Below, piece by piece: positions 1 through 12,937 of a DNA stretch of 64,000 nt. The DNA lies in the NCBI RefSeq assembly GCF_006345805.1, contig NC_043005.1, positions 99,510,001-99,574,000 on the forward strand, read 5' to 3'. Below the pieces are notes generated by a model. It was not told the origin of the DNA. It made no database searches and was given only the letters and a program-made list of their open reading frames with translations. Numbering within the stretch: position 1 is the first letter of the stretch; every line of letters starts with the position of its first letter. The position numbers were made by a program, and so were the translations under genes. Origin of the DNA: Octopus sinensis. Lineage: Eukaryota.

Positions 1-524
1 TTTGCCATTCATCCTTTCGGGTTCGATAAATTAAGTACCAGTTATGCACTGGGGTTGATGTAATTGACTTAATCCATTTGTCTGTCCTTGTTTGTCATCT
101 GTGTGTTTAGCTCCTTGTGGGTAGTAAAGAAATAAGTATTACACATGCCATTATGTTCTGAGTTCAAATTCCACCAAGGTCTTCACCTTTCATCCTTTTG
201 GGGTTGATAAATTAAGTACCAGTTGCGTACTGGGGTCGATCTAATCGACTGGCCCTCCCCCAAAATTTCAGGCCTTGTGCCTAGAGTAGAGAAGAATAAT
301 ACTTTTTCTGGTTTCAGTTATTGGACTTCAGCCATACTGGGGCACTACCTTCAAGGGTTTAGCTGAACAGATTAAACCCAGGACTTATTTTTTAAAGCTT
401 GGTATTTATTCTGTTAGTCTCCTTTTGATGAACCACTCAGTGATGGAGAGGTAAACCATGCAACACCAGTTGCCAAGCAGTGCTTGAGGGCAAACAGAAA
501 ACAAACATAGACACACCTACACTC

Positions 525-525
<1 letters not shown>

Positions 526-555
<30 letters not shown>

Positions 556-587
556 TGTATGTATGTATGTATGTATGTATGTATGTA
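526..587. repeat. (TATG)n microsatellite
   Basis: Direct reading. Many similar TA, CA, GAT and GTA tracts occur across the window. Confidence 0.95.
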
Positions 588-589
588 TC

Positions 590-793
590 TATTCTTTTAT
601 TCTTTTATTTGTTTCAGTCATTTGACTTCGGCCATGCTGGAGCACTGCCTTTAGTCAAACAAATCAACCCCAGGACTAATTCTTTCCAAGCCTAGTACTT
701 ATTCTATCGGTTTCTTTTGCCAAACTGCTAAATTACGGGGATGTAAACACACCAACATCAGTTGTTAAGCGATAGTGGTGGGGACAAACAGGG

Positions 794-826
<33 letters not shown>

Positions 827-1010
827 CATATATGTATATATATATATAAATATGACCACCTCCTTTCAATTTCTTCCAACCAAATCTACTCACAAGGCTT
901 TGGTCTTGAGGCTGTAGTAGAAGACACTTACCTAAGGTGCCACACAATGGGACTGGACTTGGGGCCATGTAGTTGGTAAGCAAGCTACTTACCACACAGC
1001 CACTCCTGCG
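590..1010 (-). mobile_element. SINE family B copy
   Basis: Reverse complement of the family B head, body and tail. Confidence 0.8.
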
Positions 1011-1632
1011 GTATGTATGTTTATATGTATGTATGTATCTATCTACATGCACAAACATACATATATATACCGTAATCCCTCACCATATCGCGGTCCACCT
1101 ATCATTGTTTATCATTCAAGCTGACATCAATTCCTCCACGGTGGTGTTTTGCATTTATAAACAAATAAATATATACAAATTATAAAAATAATAAAAATAA
1201 AATAAGCGTAGGAGTGGCTGTGTGGTAAGTAGCTTGCTTATGAACCACATGGTTCTGGGTTCAGTCCCACTGCGTGGCACCTTAGCCTCAGGCCGACCAA
1301 AGCCATGTGAGTGGATTTGGTAGACGTAAACTGAAAAGAGCCCATTGCATATATGTATGTATATATATGTATGTGTGTGTATATGTTTGTGTGTCTGTGT
1401 TTGCCCCCCCCCACATCACTTGACAACCGATGCTGGTATGTTTACGTCCCCGTAACTTAGGGGTTCGGCAAATCGAGGGTGATAGAATAAGTCCTGGGGT
1501 CGATTTGCTCGACCAAAGGCGGTGCTCCAGCATGGCCACAGTCAAATGACTGAAACAAGTATTAGAGTACAGCACTGTTTCTACAACTTCATGGATTTTC
1601 ACCAGCGATAGTCAAGAGATTACTGTATAGAT

Positions 1633-1678
<46 letters not shown>

Positions 1679-2065
1679 CCCTATGTCTTTCGCTCTTCTT
1701 ACCTCTACATATGACTCTGCATTCTGATGATGTCGACAACTACAACTAGTAAACAGAAACGATCATGAATGTACTATTACTACCACTTTTCTTTATCAAT
1801 TAATTAAATTAATGGCTTACTAGCGCAAGTGACCAACTTCTTCCTTTTATTTTACCTCCATTTTCTTCTTGCATATAATTTAAACTACGGTTTACCCACT
1901 GAATTACCTGCTACTGTATACCTTTTACCAAGCACTGTACCTACGCAGGTAATCACCAGGAACACCTATGGATTTAACCACCCCTTACAGGTTTTAAACA
2001 CCTCTAACTTATACCTATAATGACTAACGACTAAAACAAATAAAAGAATAAAAGAACATATATAT

Positions 2066-2094
<29 letters not shown>

Positions 2095-2101
<7 letters not shown>

Positions 2102-2182
2102 ATTAGGGTTAAGCAACAGGTTGCTAAACCACATACTGAAAATTTAGAAATAGCAACCTGTTGCTTAACTCTAATTATATAT
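2095..2182. repeat. Small foldback element inside a (TA)n tract
   Basis: AATTAGGGTTAAGCAACAGGTTGCTA (2101-2126) and TAGCAACCTGTTGCTTAACTCTAATT (2151-2176), 1 mismatch. Confidence 0.8.
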
Positions 2183-3856
2183 ATATATGTAAAAAAAACT
2201 TTTTCTAAAAGTTCCTACCGATTATAGTACCCTTTTCATACCGATAACTACTTGGTAATAATTGTTAATTTTAAAATTAATAATTATTTACCCTTATATT
2301 AGAAATGAAATTACACACACACACACACACACATATGCACTTGATATTTTTTTTTACAAATTTTGTCTATCAAATCCATGCATAAGGTTTTGGTTATTCC
2401 AGGGCTGTCGTAGAAAAAATGTGCCAAGGGACTGAACCCATAAATATAACGTTGGGAAGCAAGCCTCAAATCACACAGCCATACCTGTACTTATATGTGT
2501 GTGTATGTTTATGTGTGAGTGTGTGTGTTTGTATGTGTGTGTTTGTGTGTGTGTGCGTGTGTGTATAGCTGGATGAATGTTTTTTTCCAGTGTGGATTCA
2601 GTGCTCATTGAATGAGTATGTTAGTGACCATGTATTTCATAGAGCTACAGACCCTCAACAAAATCTTCAAGCAGGATCAGCGGGACATAGTTTGTAACAA
2701 GGTTGCAACTTTGAATTATAAAGACAATCCACCAGAAGGACTTTTGTGCAATTTCTGAGAACCAGTTCCATTCACAAGGTATGGACTGATCTGCAGCTAT
2801 AAAAAAAAATGACACTTGCTCAAGGTGCCATGCAGTGGTACTGAACCTAACACCTTGTGGTTGTGAAGTGAAATTCTTAACTATTTGACCATACTGCTTC
2901 TATGTGTGTCTGTGTGAATCTGAGTGTGGGAGTGTGTATTCTTATGTGAGACCTTATATTAAACAAGTGTTTTCAAATTAATTAAAGAGAGAAAATGTTT
3001 TTAGAAAGTAATAATTATTTTATTGAAATCAATGTAAAAGTTGACATTGTATATCTTTAACAACGTTGATGTAATCAAGTTCATAATTGTTAATTAGTTA
3101 AACAGGCAGCCATTGGGATAGTTTTTATTGTTGTTTTTTTTTGATATTTAGGTTTAATATAATTTTCACAATAAAAACATGTTTCATATATTTCTCTTAA
3201 TATATAAACATCATTCGATCGATAGACAAAATAAATGTTGCTCTGTGATCAACAGCCGAGGTTGCCCTGGTCTAGAGTAAACCTGCTTACAAGTATTGCA
3301 ATAAAGGCACCTGTTTTGACTTAAAATGCTTCATTACATTTTCCCCCCTCCTCCTCCCCCTCACCACCACCGCCACCACCACGATGATGACGACGACGAC
3401 ATGAAATGGGGTGATATGCTTTCATTTAATTACAGCAGCAGAATAATGCCATAGATAGAAAACTGATGTAGGAATGAATGATAAGGAGATGAAGTCTGTG
3501 GAGAAAAAGAAAAATTTTTTGTAGAATTTTCTTTGACTTCTTTCTAATTACTAACGAGACTTGGGTTGGGTTTCTGAGAAAATGTCAGGTAGAAAATGTT
3601 GATTAACACCTTGATTACTCTGATCAAGTGTATCAATGTTCAAAAGCATCCCAGTCATAAGGATCCTTGGAAAATTCTACGTAGGACTACATTAGATAAT
3701 GTTTCCTCAGTGGTTTAAGGTAGTAGGTTATAATTCGAGGGAGATTTTGTAGCTAAACAAAGGTTTTATCTCATGTGATGGGAAAAATGTGACATAGAAA
3801 TTACATTGGACAGGAGATGGATGCATCTCAGCAGAGGAGTAGTAGTAGTAGTTGTT

Positions 3857-3887
<31 letters not shown>

Positions 3888-4349
3888 CAGCAGCAGCAAC
3901 CACCCAAGAATTTGGACCTGGAGATTTCCATTTCCAGCAACCTCGAGGGCCACCTCCCAATGGTGTCGGGCATCAACGAAGAGCCCTTGACTACAACAAG
4001 ATGACCAAAGTTTTTTTTTTCCAAGGTCTGGGGCCTCCCGCCCCTAAGCCCTAGACCATCACCTAATCACCCGTATCCGTCTTGTTGCTTAACAACAACA
4101 ACAGCAGCAGTAGTAGTCGTTGTAGTTGTAGTAGCAGTACAACCATAGAGAAAATATGACTTCCTGATATGTGAAGGTGGTTGTAAAATTTTGGTTGGAA
4201 AACACCTTTTAGTCAGGAGTTTGATCTTGAATATAAAGCACAGACTAAAATGAATCCAAATTTAGTACAGAATATATAATTTCACATAGAAAACATAATT
4301 TATAGAGATGAAATTATTTAGAATGAATATAGAATACATTTCAGGTATT

Positions 4350-4732
4350 ATCTTTTATCTTGTACTTGTTTCAGTCATTTGACTGTGGTCATGCTGGAGC
4401 ACAGCCTTTAGTCAAGCAAGTCGACCCCAGGACTTATTCTTTGTAAGCCTAGTACTTATTCTGTTGGTCTCATTTGCCGAACTGCTAAGTTACGGGGACG
4501 TAAACACACCGGCATCAGTTGTCAAGTGATATTGGGGAGACAAACACAGACACATATATACATATATACGACGGGCTTCTTTCAGTTTTTGTCTACCAAA
4601 TCCACTCACAAGGCTTTGGTCGGCCCGAGCCTATAGTAGAAGACACTTGCCCAAGGTGCCATGCAGTGGGACTGAACCCAGAACCATGTGGTTGGTAAGC
4701 AAGCTACTCACCACACAGCTACTCCTGCACCT
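4350..4732 (-). mobile_element. SINE family B copy
   Basis: Reverse complement of the family B head, body and tail. Confidence 0.85.
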
Positions 4733-4800
4733 ATAATGAAAGGAAAAGTAAATTCTTTGGATACAGCTGAATTGTTACAGTTTGATTCATCTGGGGCATT

Positions 4801-4910
4801 TTCAATAGGTGAGTAGAAAAATAGCTGAGTAATTACAGGTGAGTAGGTTAATGGTTGAATAATTACAGGTGTGTTGGTAAATAGTCAAGTAATTACAGGC
4901 AAGTAGTATG
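4801..4910. repeat. Degenerate 30-bp minisatellite (3-4 units)
   Basis: AATTACAGG recurs at 4831, 4861 and 4891. Confidence 0.75.
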
Positions 4911-5959
4911 TAGTGTGTTTGCTGTTTAATCCTAGATTAACACCAATAGAGCAGAACTTTGATTAAAGACGTTCCATCCATGACTGACCTGTCTTTTTTA
5001 AGTGCATGTAGGATTATTTCATCTAATATGTCATATCCCTATATATGGCAGTAGAGTGCCTGTTGAGGGACATTTGGCTGCTATTTCTAGCAGGCCAATA
5101 GACCAAGTAATGAAACACAGATAAAGACTAAGTGAAATGGAAATAAATTGAAGTTCATTATAGTAATCAATACACCAATTAATGATATCATTATTATTAT
5201 TACCTTTATAGTGGAATGATGGAAATGGTATGTTGGAATATCTGTCTAATAATATTTAGTATAAACTCTCTCCATTGCCATTTAACCACCCGCTCCTGGG
5301 GCCAACATTATGTTTCATTTACTCACTAGGGCCAATACCATAAATAACCTATTTATGAAAAGGGTACGGTGAGATGGGGTGGCTAAACATTAATACCCTT
5401 CCTCTATAAATGTGTGATAGACTGCCAATTTAAGAAATTATTACTACTATTGTTATGGTCACTAGAACTATTTATGATGTTGTTGTTGTTCTTGTTGTTG
5501 TTAATATCAAAGAAAGATTATTGTAGTCATCTCACATAAAAGGAATGATTAATAGACGGAATAATATAAATTGCCTATAGAAGCGAAACTTTCTTCAGAG
5601 ATTGCTGTATTTGCCAGTAAAGGTATAAAACGTAGGCAAGATAGAGGAGTGGGAGGAGCAAGGTCAACAGTGATATATTATTATCTATTGATAAATATTT
5701 CCCCATAAATCTTTGTATCGTTTGAAAGAAATAAGTAGCCAAGAAAATTGGTTTGAGGCTTCAACCAATTGTCCTCTTTTTGAAACTAATCAAAACCTGG
5801 CTGTGCACATGGACACACACACACACACACACACACAACACCAGTGAACTAATATATTTCAGTATTTACTAGTTTTTAATTGCATGAAAAAGAAATAAAC
5901 CGCATTTAGTGAAAAGTTGCACATAGGTGTGTCTATACACATATAGGTGTGCATATATA

Positions 5960-6195
5960 TATATCATCATTATCGTTTAACGTCCTTTTTCCAAGCTAGC
6001 ATGGGTTGGACGGTTCAACTGGGGTCTGGGAAGCCAGGAGGCTGCATCAGGCACCAGTCTGATCTGGCAGTGTTTCTACAGCTGGATGCCCTTCCTAACG
6101 CCAAGCACTCCGTGAGTGTAGTGGGTGCTTTTTATGTGCCACCGGGCCACCGGCACAGTGGCCAGACGAGGCTGGCAAATGGCTGCGATCGGTAA
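5960..6195 (-). mobile_element. Retroposon family C with (GAT)n 3' tail
   Basis: Tail CCAACCCATGCTAGC(A/T)TGGAAAA..GGACGTTAAACGATGATGAT. Other copies at about 7970-8290(-), 24020-24270(+), 39545-39745(+), 56575-56850(+), 62080-62430(-). Confidence 0.75.
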
Positions 6196-6589
6196 ATGTG
6201 TATACCTATGAATGAGTGGATGAATGAAAGAAAGTGGTATACAACACATTTGATAGGAGTTACACATAATATTTAATAACAGTTTGAATCAGTTCCATGC
6301 ACTTTAAAGTTTCATAGGCTCATAGAAAAGACCCAGCTCATCAAGCATCTGATGAACCATGTTCGTTTTACAAGCCTACTAAACTTTGGGAAAATGCTTT
6401 GGAAGATGCTGGGTACAGACTATGTCAGAAGGCTATAGTAGTGTTGGATTGTTAAAACTAGGTACGAGGTCTATAGTAACACTGTATTAATAAAACTAGG
6501 TACAAATTGTATAAGATCATGTTAAACTAGGCATGGACTATGTAAGTGGTACTATGGTAACCATATATTAAAATAAAATAAATAAATGT

Positions 6590-6812
6590 GCCCTTTTTAA
6601 AGCCTAGCCAGGCTCATGGGCCCAGTTTCCCGGTTTCTATGGCGTATGTGTTCCCCAGCTGGACGGGACACCAATCCATCACAGCGTTACTCATTTTTGC
6701 CAGCTGAGTGGACTGGAGCAACGTGAAATGAACACAACGCGTCACCCGGTCCAGGAATCGAAACCACAACCTCACGATCATGATGCTGACACCCTAACCA
6801 CTAAGCCACTGC
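6590..6812 (-). mobile_element. SINE family D (tRNA-derived head)
   Basis: Minus-strand A box TGGCTTAGTGG and B box GTTTCGATTCC. Related copies at about 7700-7920(-), 16935-17235(-), 39935-40232(-), 60295-60640(+). Confidence 0.75.
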
Positions 6813-9800
6813 AAAATATTAACACATTTTATTGACATTGAATTCTTGTGGCAAAGTTGTAAAAGCAAAAGGATACTCTATTTGGTCTCTCTTAAACTTA
6901 AATCTGACATTAAGAACATTAGGAAATCTAAAAATAAAAACATAATTTCTGATAGAATTACAAATCTTTATGGTATAGAAAATAACATGCATAACTAACT
7001 CGGAAATAAAACACAAAACTGTAGCAAGACAACAGCACATTGAATACTATTTGCAGTGTGGTGGAAAATATAGCTCATAAGCCTAAATCAGATAATAAAT
7101 TAGCTGTATGTATGGCATATATCACACTTAAAAGTACTAAAGAGAATTTTTACCTCCAGCCTCAAATGTAGATTAATTAACTCCTCTAAAACTGAAATCA
7201 GATTAATTAGCAATAAAGTCTTAAGTGCTATTAAAATTATCATTAAAAACAACCAACCTCCAGCCATGGAATAAAAACAATATAGTTAGTGGATTGATAA
7301 TATGAAAAATGAAAATATTTTCATATAAATTTACACAATTTGAATTTTATGCCTGCCTTTAAGTCCTTAATTTTTAGTGACCTAGAATCCATGCACACAC
7401 ACGCATGCACACATATGTTCACGCGCGCGCGCACACACACACACAAACACACACACACACACACACAAAGCAAACATAGCTAATAAAATTTCTGTTTTCA
7501 AACAAAGATTTTGCCTGAGTCAGCTTCTATTGATGTATGGAACCAAATGATTATGGATTCTGTGATATTGTAGGATTATATATCCTTGTTGCACTAAATC
7601 AGAAATTTAACAATAAAGATATCATTTGATGGTAGTTTCTCGTATCCGAAAAAGATCGTTCTGCAACTTCTTGTTGAACAACCAGCACGGATGATTTGTT
7701 TATAGTGATTAAATGTTTGGGCTGTACATGATCTCACCTCCTCCATGAAATTGACATTGCCTGTTCAGGTTGCACAGTGTGCCACAAGTCACATGTTGAA
7801 GTGATGGTAGATCAATGTGAAATTGAATATTTTGTTCAAGACCACAATGCACTGCCCAGTCCAGGAATCAAAACCACAATCTTGCAATCATGAGGGTAAT
7901 ACCCTAACCATTAGGCCACACCTATACAGGAGTAATGCAGTAGTTAAATGCTAATAAGCCAATAGACACATCATCATCGTTTAGCATCCTCTTTCCATGC
8001 TAGCTTAGGCTGGATGGTTTGACATGGAGCTGGTTACCAGGGAGCTGTTCAGACTCCATCTGTCTGTTGTGGCATGGTTTCTATGGATGGACGCCCTCCC
8101 TAATGCCAACCACTAATCAAAGTGTGCTGGGTGCTTTTTATGTGTCACCAGCAGGGGTGCATTAACACAGCACGAGTACAGGTGCTTTTTAAGTAGCATG
8201 AGTACATGAGGAACAAGACTGTATGTGTGGTAGACAGCGATTTTACTTAGCTTGATGTGTCTTATCAAATACAGCAAATCACCACATCTAATCCCTTGTC
8301 ATTTCCTCTGCGAGTCCCAGAGTCTGAAGATCCTTTCTCACCACTTCATCGCACATCTACCTGGGCCTACCCTACCACAATTAGAGCTCAGCACTTTCTC
8401 ATGCAGTTAAGAAAAAGTCTTACTAAAATCTTCAATAATTTTTACCTAAAAATAGCAATTTCTACTTGCCATCTCAAACTAAAAAGAAACATTATAATAT
8501 CATCTACTTTACATCCCCTTTTTCAATAAACATTGAGTTCAACATTATCAACAATTCCCTTGCCTTAATCTTGATACTTCTCTATTAACCATAGCCACAG
8601 AAAATTATTTAGTGTGAACAGTATTAAACTGAGTTGTAGTTGCACCACCCATATGAAAATCTAAGAGCTCATAAATTTTTCAAAATAATTGAGAACAACT
8701 ATATATGTAAGTAAGACTAACTTATGCCCACTAAACCTGTCATTTAATACTGAAGCAAATATATATAAAGCAGAAACCACCTCTATCAAACCAAATCTTG
8801 ATGTAGTTTGGAAACAATGTATAGTATGGTAGAAAATATATTTAAACAATAATACATAAATAATACCTCATCACATACAGAGAAAAGAAGAGTGTTAAAA
8901 CAGCCCAATTACATTTGGAATTTGAAAGATTATGCTACTGATTTATCATCAAGTAGATATTAGAGAAATAGAAGTCATAACACTGGCAATAAAAGAAGTG
9001 ATTTATGTACAGCTGAGAAGAGATTCACCCTCAGAAACACTCTCAAATCTACTAATTATATAAACCAAGGTCTGAAATTTTTACAAAGAAAAGCATCTTC
9101 TAAAAAGCTATTAGTGGAGAGCAAGATGAGTCACTACAGCAGCGATGAGATTGACTTGTATTATTGATTCCAGGTCTTTGTGCTTTGAGTTCAAATCCTG
9201 TTTGGGTAAATTTTACCTTTCATCATTTTGAGTATTGATATAGTATCGATACAGTACTGATGTTGATATTACCTATTTCTCTCTCGCTCTCTGGAAGAAG
9301 TTGGCTGTTTTAGACCTGGAGATGGGATGGACTCTCCCAGATTTAAAATGTACAACATGTTCTATAACAATATGGTGAGGAGTTGAGGATTCATACAAGG
9401 AAAAAAAGATGGGTCAAAAATCTAAACCTGCACCTGCACTTCACATCATATCTTGAGGCATAATTAAACATTTTCTTTGACCCCTGAACACTTTTCCTAT
9501 GCTTAATATTTACGAAAAAGAATATGTGGGGGCTTTTGTGCATACAGGTATGTATATAACTTCATACATATACAAACAAATAAACGTGTAAGTGCATGTG
9601 GTCATCACCTCCTCTCCCCAGAGCTACAGTTATTGACACTCAATCCTTATTTTTATCCCCTTCTTCTCCCACTCCTATTTACCTTGACCATTCCTCCACC
9701 ATTTTTCACTACTAACTACATTCATCCCCACCCCCATCCCAAACCCTCTCCCTCCCTCACCTCCCACGCCCTTGCACCCTTTACTTGTCCAACTTTTCTG

Positions 9801-9956
9801 ATCTTTCGACCTCACCTTCTTTTACTCACCTTCTTATACTTTGAGGCTCTGATACCTTATCACCCCTCCAATCTTTTTCTATCTCTTTCCATTTTCTCTC
9901 TTTCCAGTTCCATCAAATTATTCTCGCCTAACTATGACTTAACTATCTTCTCACAC

Positions 9957-10009
9957 TGTATCCGATGAAGGGATATAATTAATAAATATCCTAGAAACAG
10001 CTGTAAGAC
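9957..10009 (+). ncRNA. Degenerate minimal hammerhead motif
   Basis: CCGATGA (U4C), AG GGATAT...ATATCC TA, GAA ACAGCTGT A (8-nt palindrome, GUA site). Stem I has a mismatch. Confidence 0.5.
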
Positions 10010-11761
10010 CTTCAAATGCTCTAATATCTACACAGCCTTGGTTTTTTATCTTGTTATGCAAAAAATTATTATTATTATTATTATATATATATATAATGCA
10101 GAGAAGCCATTTATCTTCTTTATACCAACAAACCTGTTCCCATCCCTTCTTCCATGCTTTAACCTTTCAACACCTAGCATAAATCTGCCTCCTTCTCTAC
10201 ATGACCTCTCTAGTCAGTTGAAGGGGGCTTTTTACTCTTGTGAATTCCATGGGACTTTCACTAGTGCTGGAGTCTCCAAAAAAAAACCACCCAGAATATT
10301 AGGTAAAGTGGTTGACATTCAAAAAGAAATCCACAGAAGAAACCATATCAAAACAGATATTGGAGCAAGATGCAGTCCTCTAACTCATCATATACTTCCA
10401 AACTGTCCATGCTTGTATAGAAGACAAACATTAAATGATGATTGACGGTGATGATGATGATGATTATGTGTGTGTGTATATATATATATATATGTATACA
10501 CACACACACACACATGTGCATGGCAAATGTATATATATATGCATATGAGTGGTACATAAATATATGTATGTGTGTTTTTGTGGAAGAGCGTAGGCTTGAA
10601 ACATTAAAGACTTTCTCAATTCCTGAGCACTATACTAATACACCTGTTTGTTGGCTACACCACCTGTCATCGTCTTCTGTGAATTCCCCCCTGTATATGT
10701 ATATATATATATATATACATACATGTGCATGGCAAATATATATATATATATGTGTGTGTGTGTGAATGTATGTATAAAGATACAAATCCATATATATATA
10801 TATATATGTATATATATTTATATATGCATGTGTGCCTTTATACACCCCACACACACATTTATCAGGTAGAACTGTTCTTCAAATTGACAATATAAAGAAT
10901 TCAAAGAAAGTGTAAAAGAGAGTCGAATCTGTGGCAGTGAAACTTTGTCTCATATTCAAAAGTCTAAGAACTTCTTTTCTGTCCTTCTGCTGGAATCTCT
11001 CTCATTTTACACAATATCTCAATCTCAAAAAGTTTGAGAATATAAGATACGAAAAAAGGTAAAAAGACAGCAAAATTGTTGAATGGGGAAAAATATTGAG
11101 ATTTTGGAAATTTTAAATAAATTTTTGCAAGTATGTCTTATTGTTACTGGTGTTATTTCAGAACCTATATTTAAATATTATTTATTTTGATATTTAAAGT
11201 TATGTATTTCTGGATTTACTTTTTGTGCATGTGTGTGTGTGTGTGTGTGTGTGTGAAGGTTTTATTACATTCTGTTTACAATTTCAAAACAGAAATTTGA
11301 AAAATAAATTGTGAAGGAAATAAATAAAATAATGTGAATGTTTCATTTTTTTTTCGTATTTTCTTATTCTATGCCACTACTAAAACTATTTAAAAAAATA
11401 TATGCCTGATAAAAAAAAGAAAAAAAGAAGCTAAAATTCACTGGAGAAAATGTTTTGGTGAAATGTTATACTTTTCTTCATAAGAACATGATTTTTAAGT
11501 AAATCTTTGATATCATGGAAAAACGAAGAATATAATAGTGAACAGTGACAAAAATGTTGGTTTCAAATTTTGGCACAAGGCCAGTAATATTGGAGGAGGG
11601 GCTAAGTCAATTAAATCAACCCCAGTGTGAAACTGGTACTTTATTTTATCGACCCCAAAAGAATGAAAGGCAAATTCGACCTCGGTAGAATTTGAACCTA
11701 GAATGTGAAAATGAATAAAGCACCACTAAGCCTTTTGCCCAGCATGCTAACAATTCTTATT

Positions 11762-11975
11762 TCTTTATTGCCCACAAGAGGGGACAAAAAGGACAGACAA
11801 AGAGATTAAGTCGATTACATCGACCCCAGTGTGTAACTGGTACTTAATTTATTGACCCCGAAAGGATGAAAAGCAAAGTTGACCTCGGCAGAATTTGAAC
11901 TCAGAATGTAGCAACAGATGAAATACCACTAAGCATTTCACCCAGTGTGCTAACAATTCTGCCAGCTTGCCACCC
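11762..11975 (-). mobile_element. SINE family A, full-length copy
   Basis: Reverse complement of the family A sequence. Confidence 0.8.
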
Positions 11976-12713
11976 TAACAATGACAAAAATCAATGAAGG
12001 AATCCTGGGAGTCCTGCTAGATATATCAGGCTAATCTCCCTCAAATCACATCCTACCATCAAGAAACAGATATATATAACCAGAAAAATGTAGTCCTGGA
12101 TATATGTTAAAATACAGACAAGACGGTCACAAATAGAATGTTGTATATTATGCTTTACTTAAGTATGGTTAACTTGGAGTTATACAACAGCTTCTAGAAA
12201 ACCTGCAGAAATGAACGTAAAATGAATTGTCTGTTGCTATCAGTCAGAAAATTTACATGGTATATGGAATTATAAACCCTTTTCAATATTATAGCAAAAT
12301 ATGCAGGCAGTGAGCTGGCAGAGTTGTTAGCAAGCTGGGCAAAATGCTTAAAAGCATTTCGTCCATTTTCACATTCCGAGTTCAAATTCTGCCACGGTTG
12401 ACTTTGCCTTTCATCACTTTGTGGTCAATGAAATAAGTACCAGTTGTGTAGTGAGGGTCGGTGTAACTAAATTACCCCTCCCCTAAAACTGCTGGCTCTG
12501 TGCCAAAATTTGAAACCAATGTTTTAACAAAATATTTTCCTATAGTGATAAGTAAAAAGTTTAAATGTCTTCAGTCTTAATTCTGAATTCAAGGCTAGAG
12601 ACACACATGAATCTACATGGAACCCTGGTGCACGTGCATGTGTATGTGTGTAAGTGCATGCATGCATGTGTATGTAACAAAATATATTACCATGTAGTAT
12701 CAATCTTTGATGC

Positions 12714-12937
12714 TGGCGGCAGAAACGTTAGCACGCTGGGCAAAATGCTTAGTGGTATTTCGTCTGCCACTACGTTCTGAGTTCAAATTCTGCCACGGTT
12801 AACTTTGCCTTTCATCCTTTCGGGGTTGATTAAATAAGTACCAGTTACACACTGGGGTCGATATGATCAACTTAATCCGTTTGTCTGTCCCTGTTTGTAC
12901 CCTCTGAGTGTAGCCCCTTGTGGGCAGTAAAGAAATA
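12714..12937 (+). mobile_element. SINE family A, full-length copy
   Basis: High similarity to 50317-50546 along its full length. Confidence 0.85.

Noticed and set aside
3806-4054. 82-aa ORF with a poly-V/A tract
   Set aside because: The first half is (GTA)/(GCA) microsatellite and the remainder looks like repeat-derived sequence.
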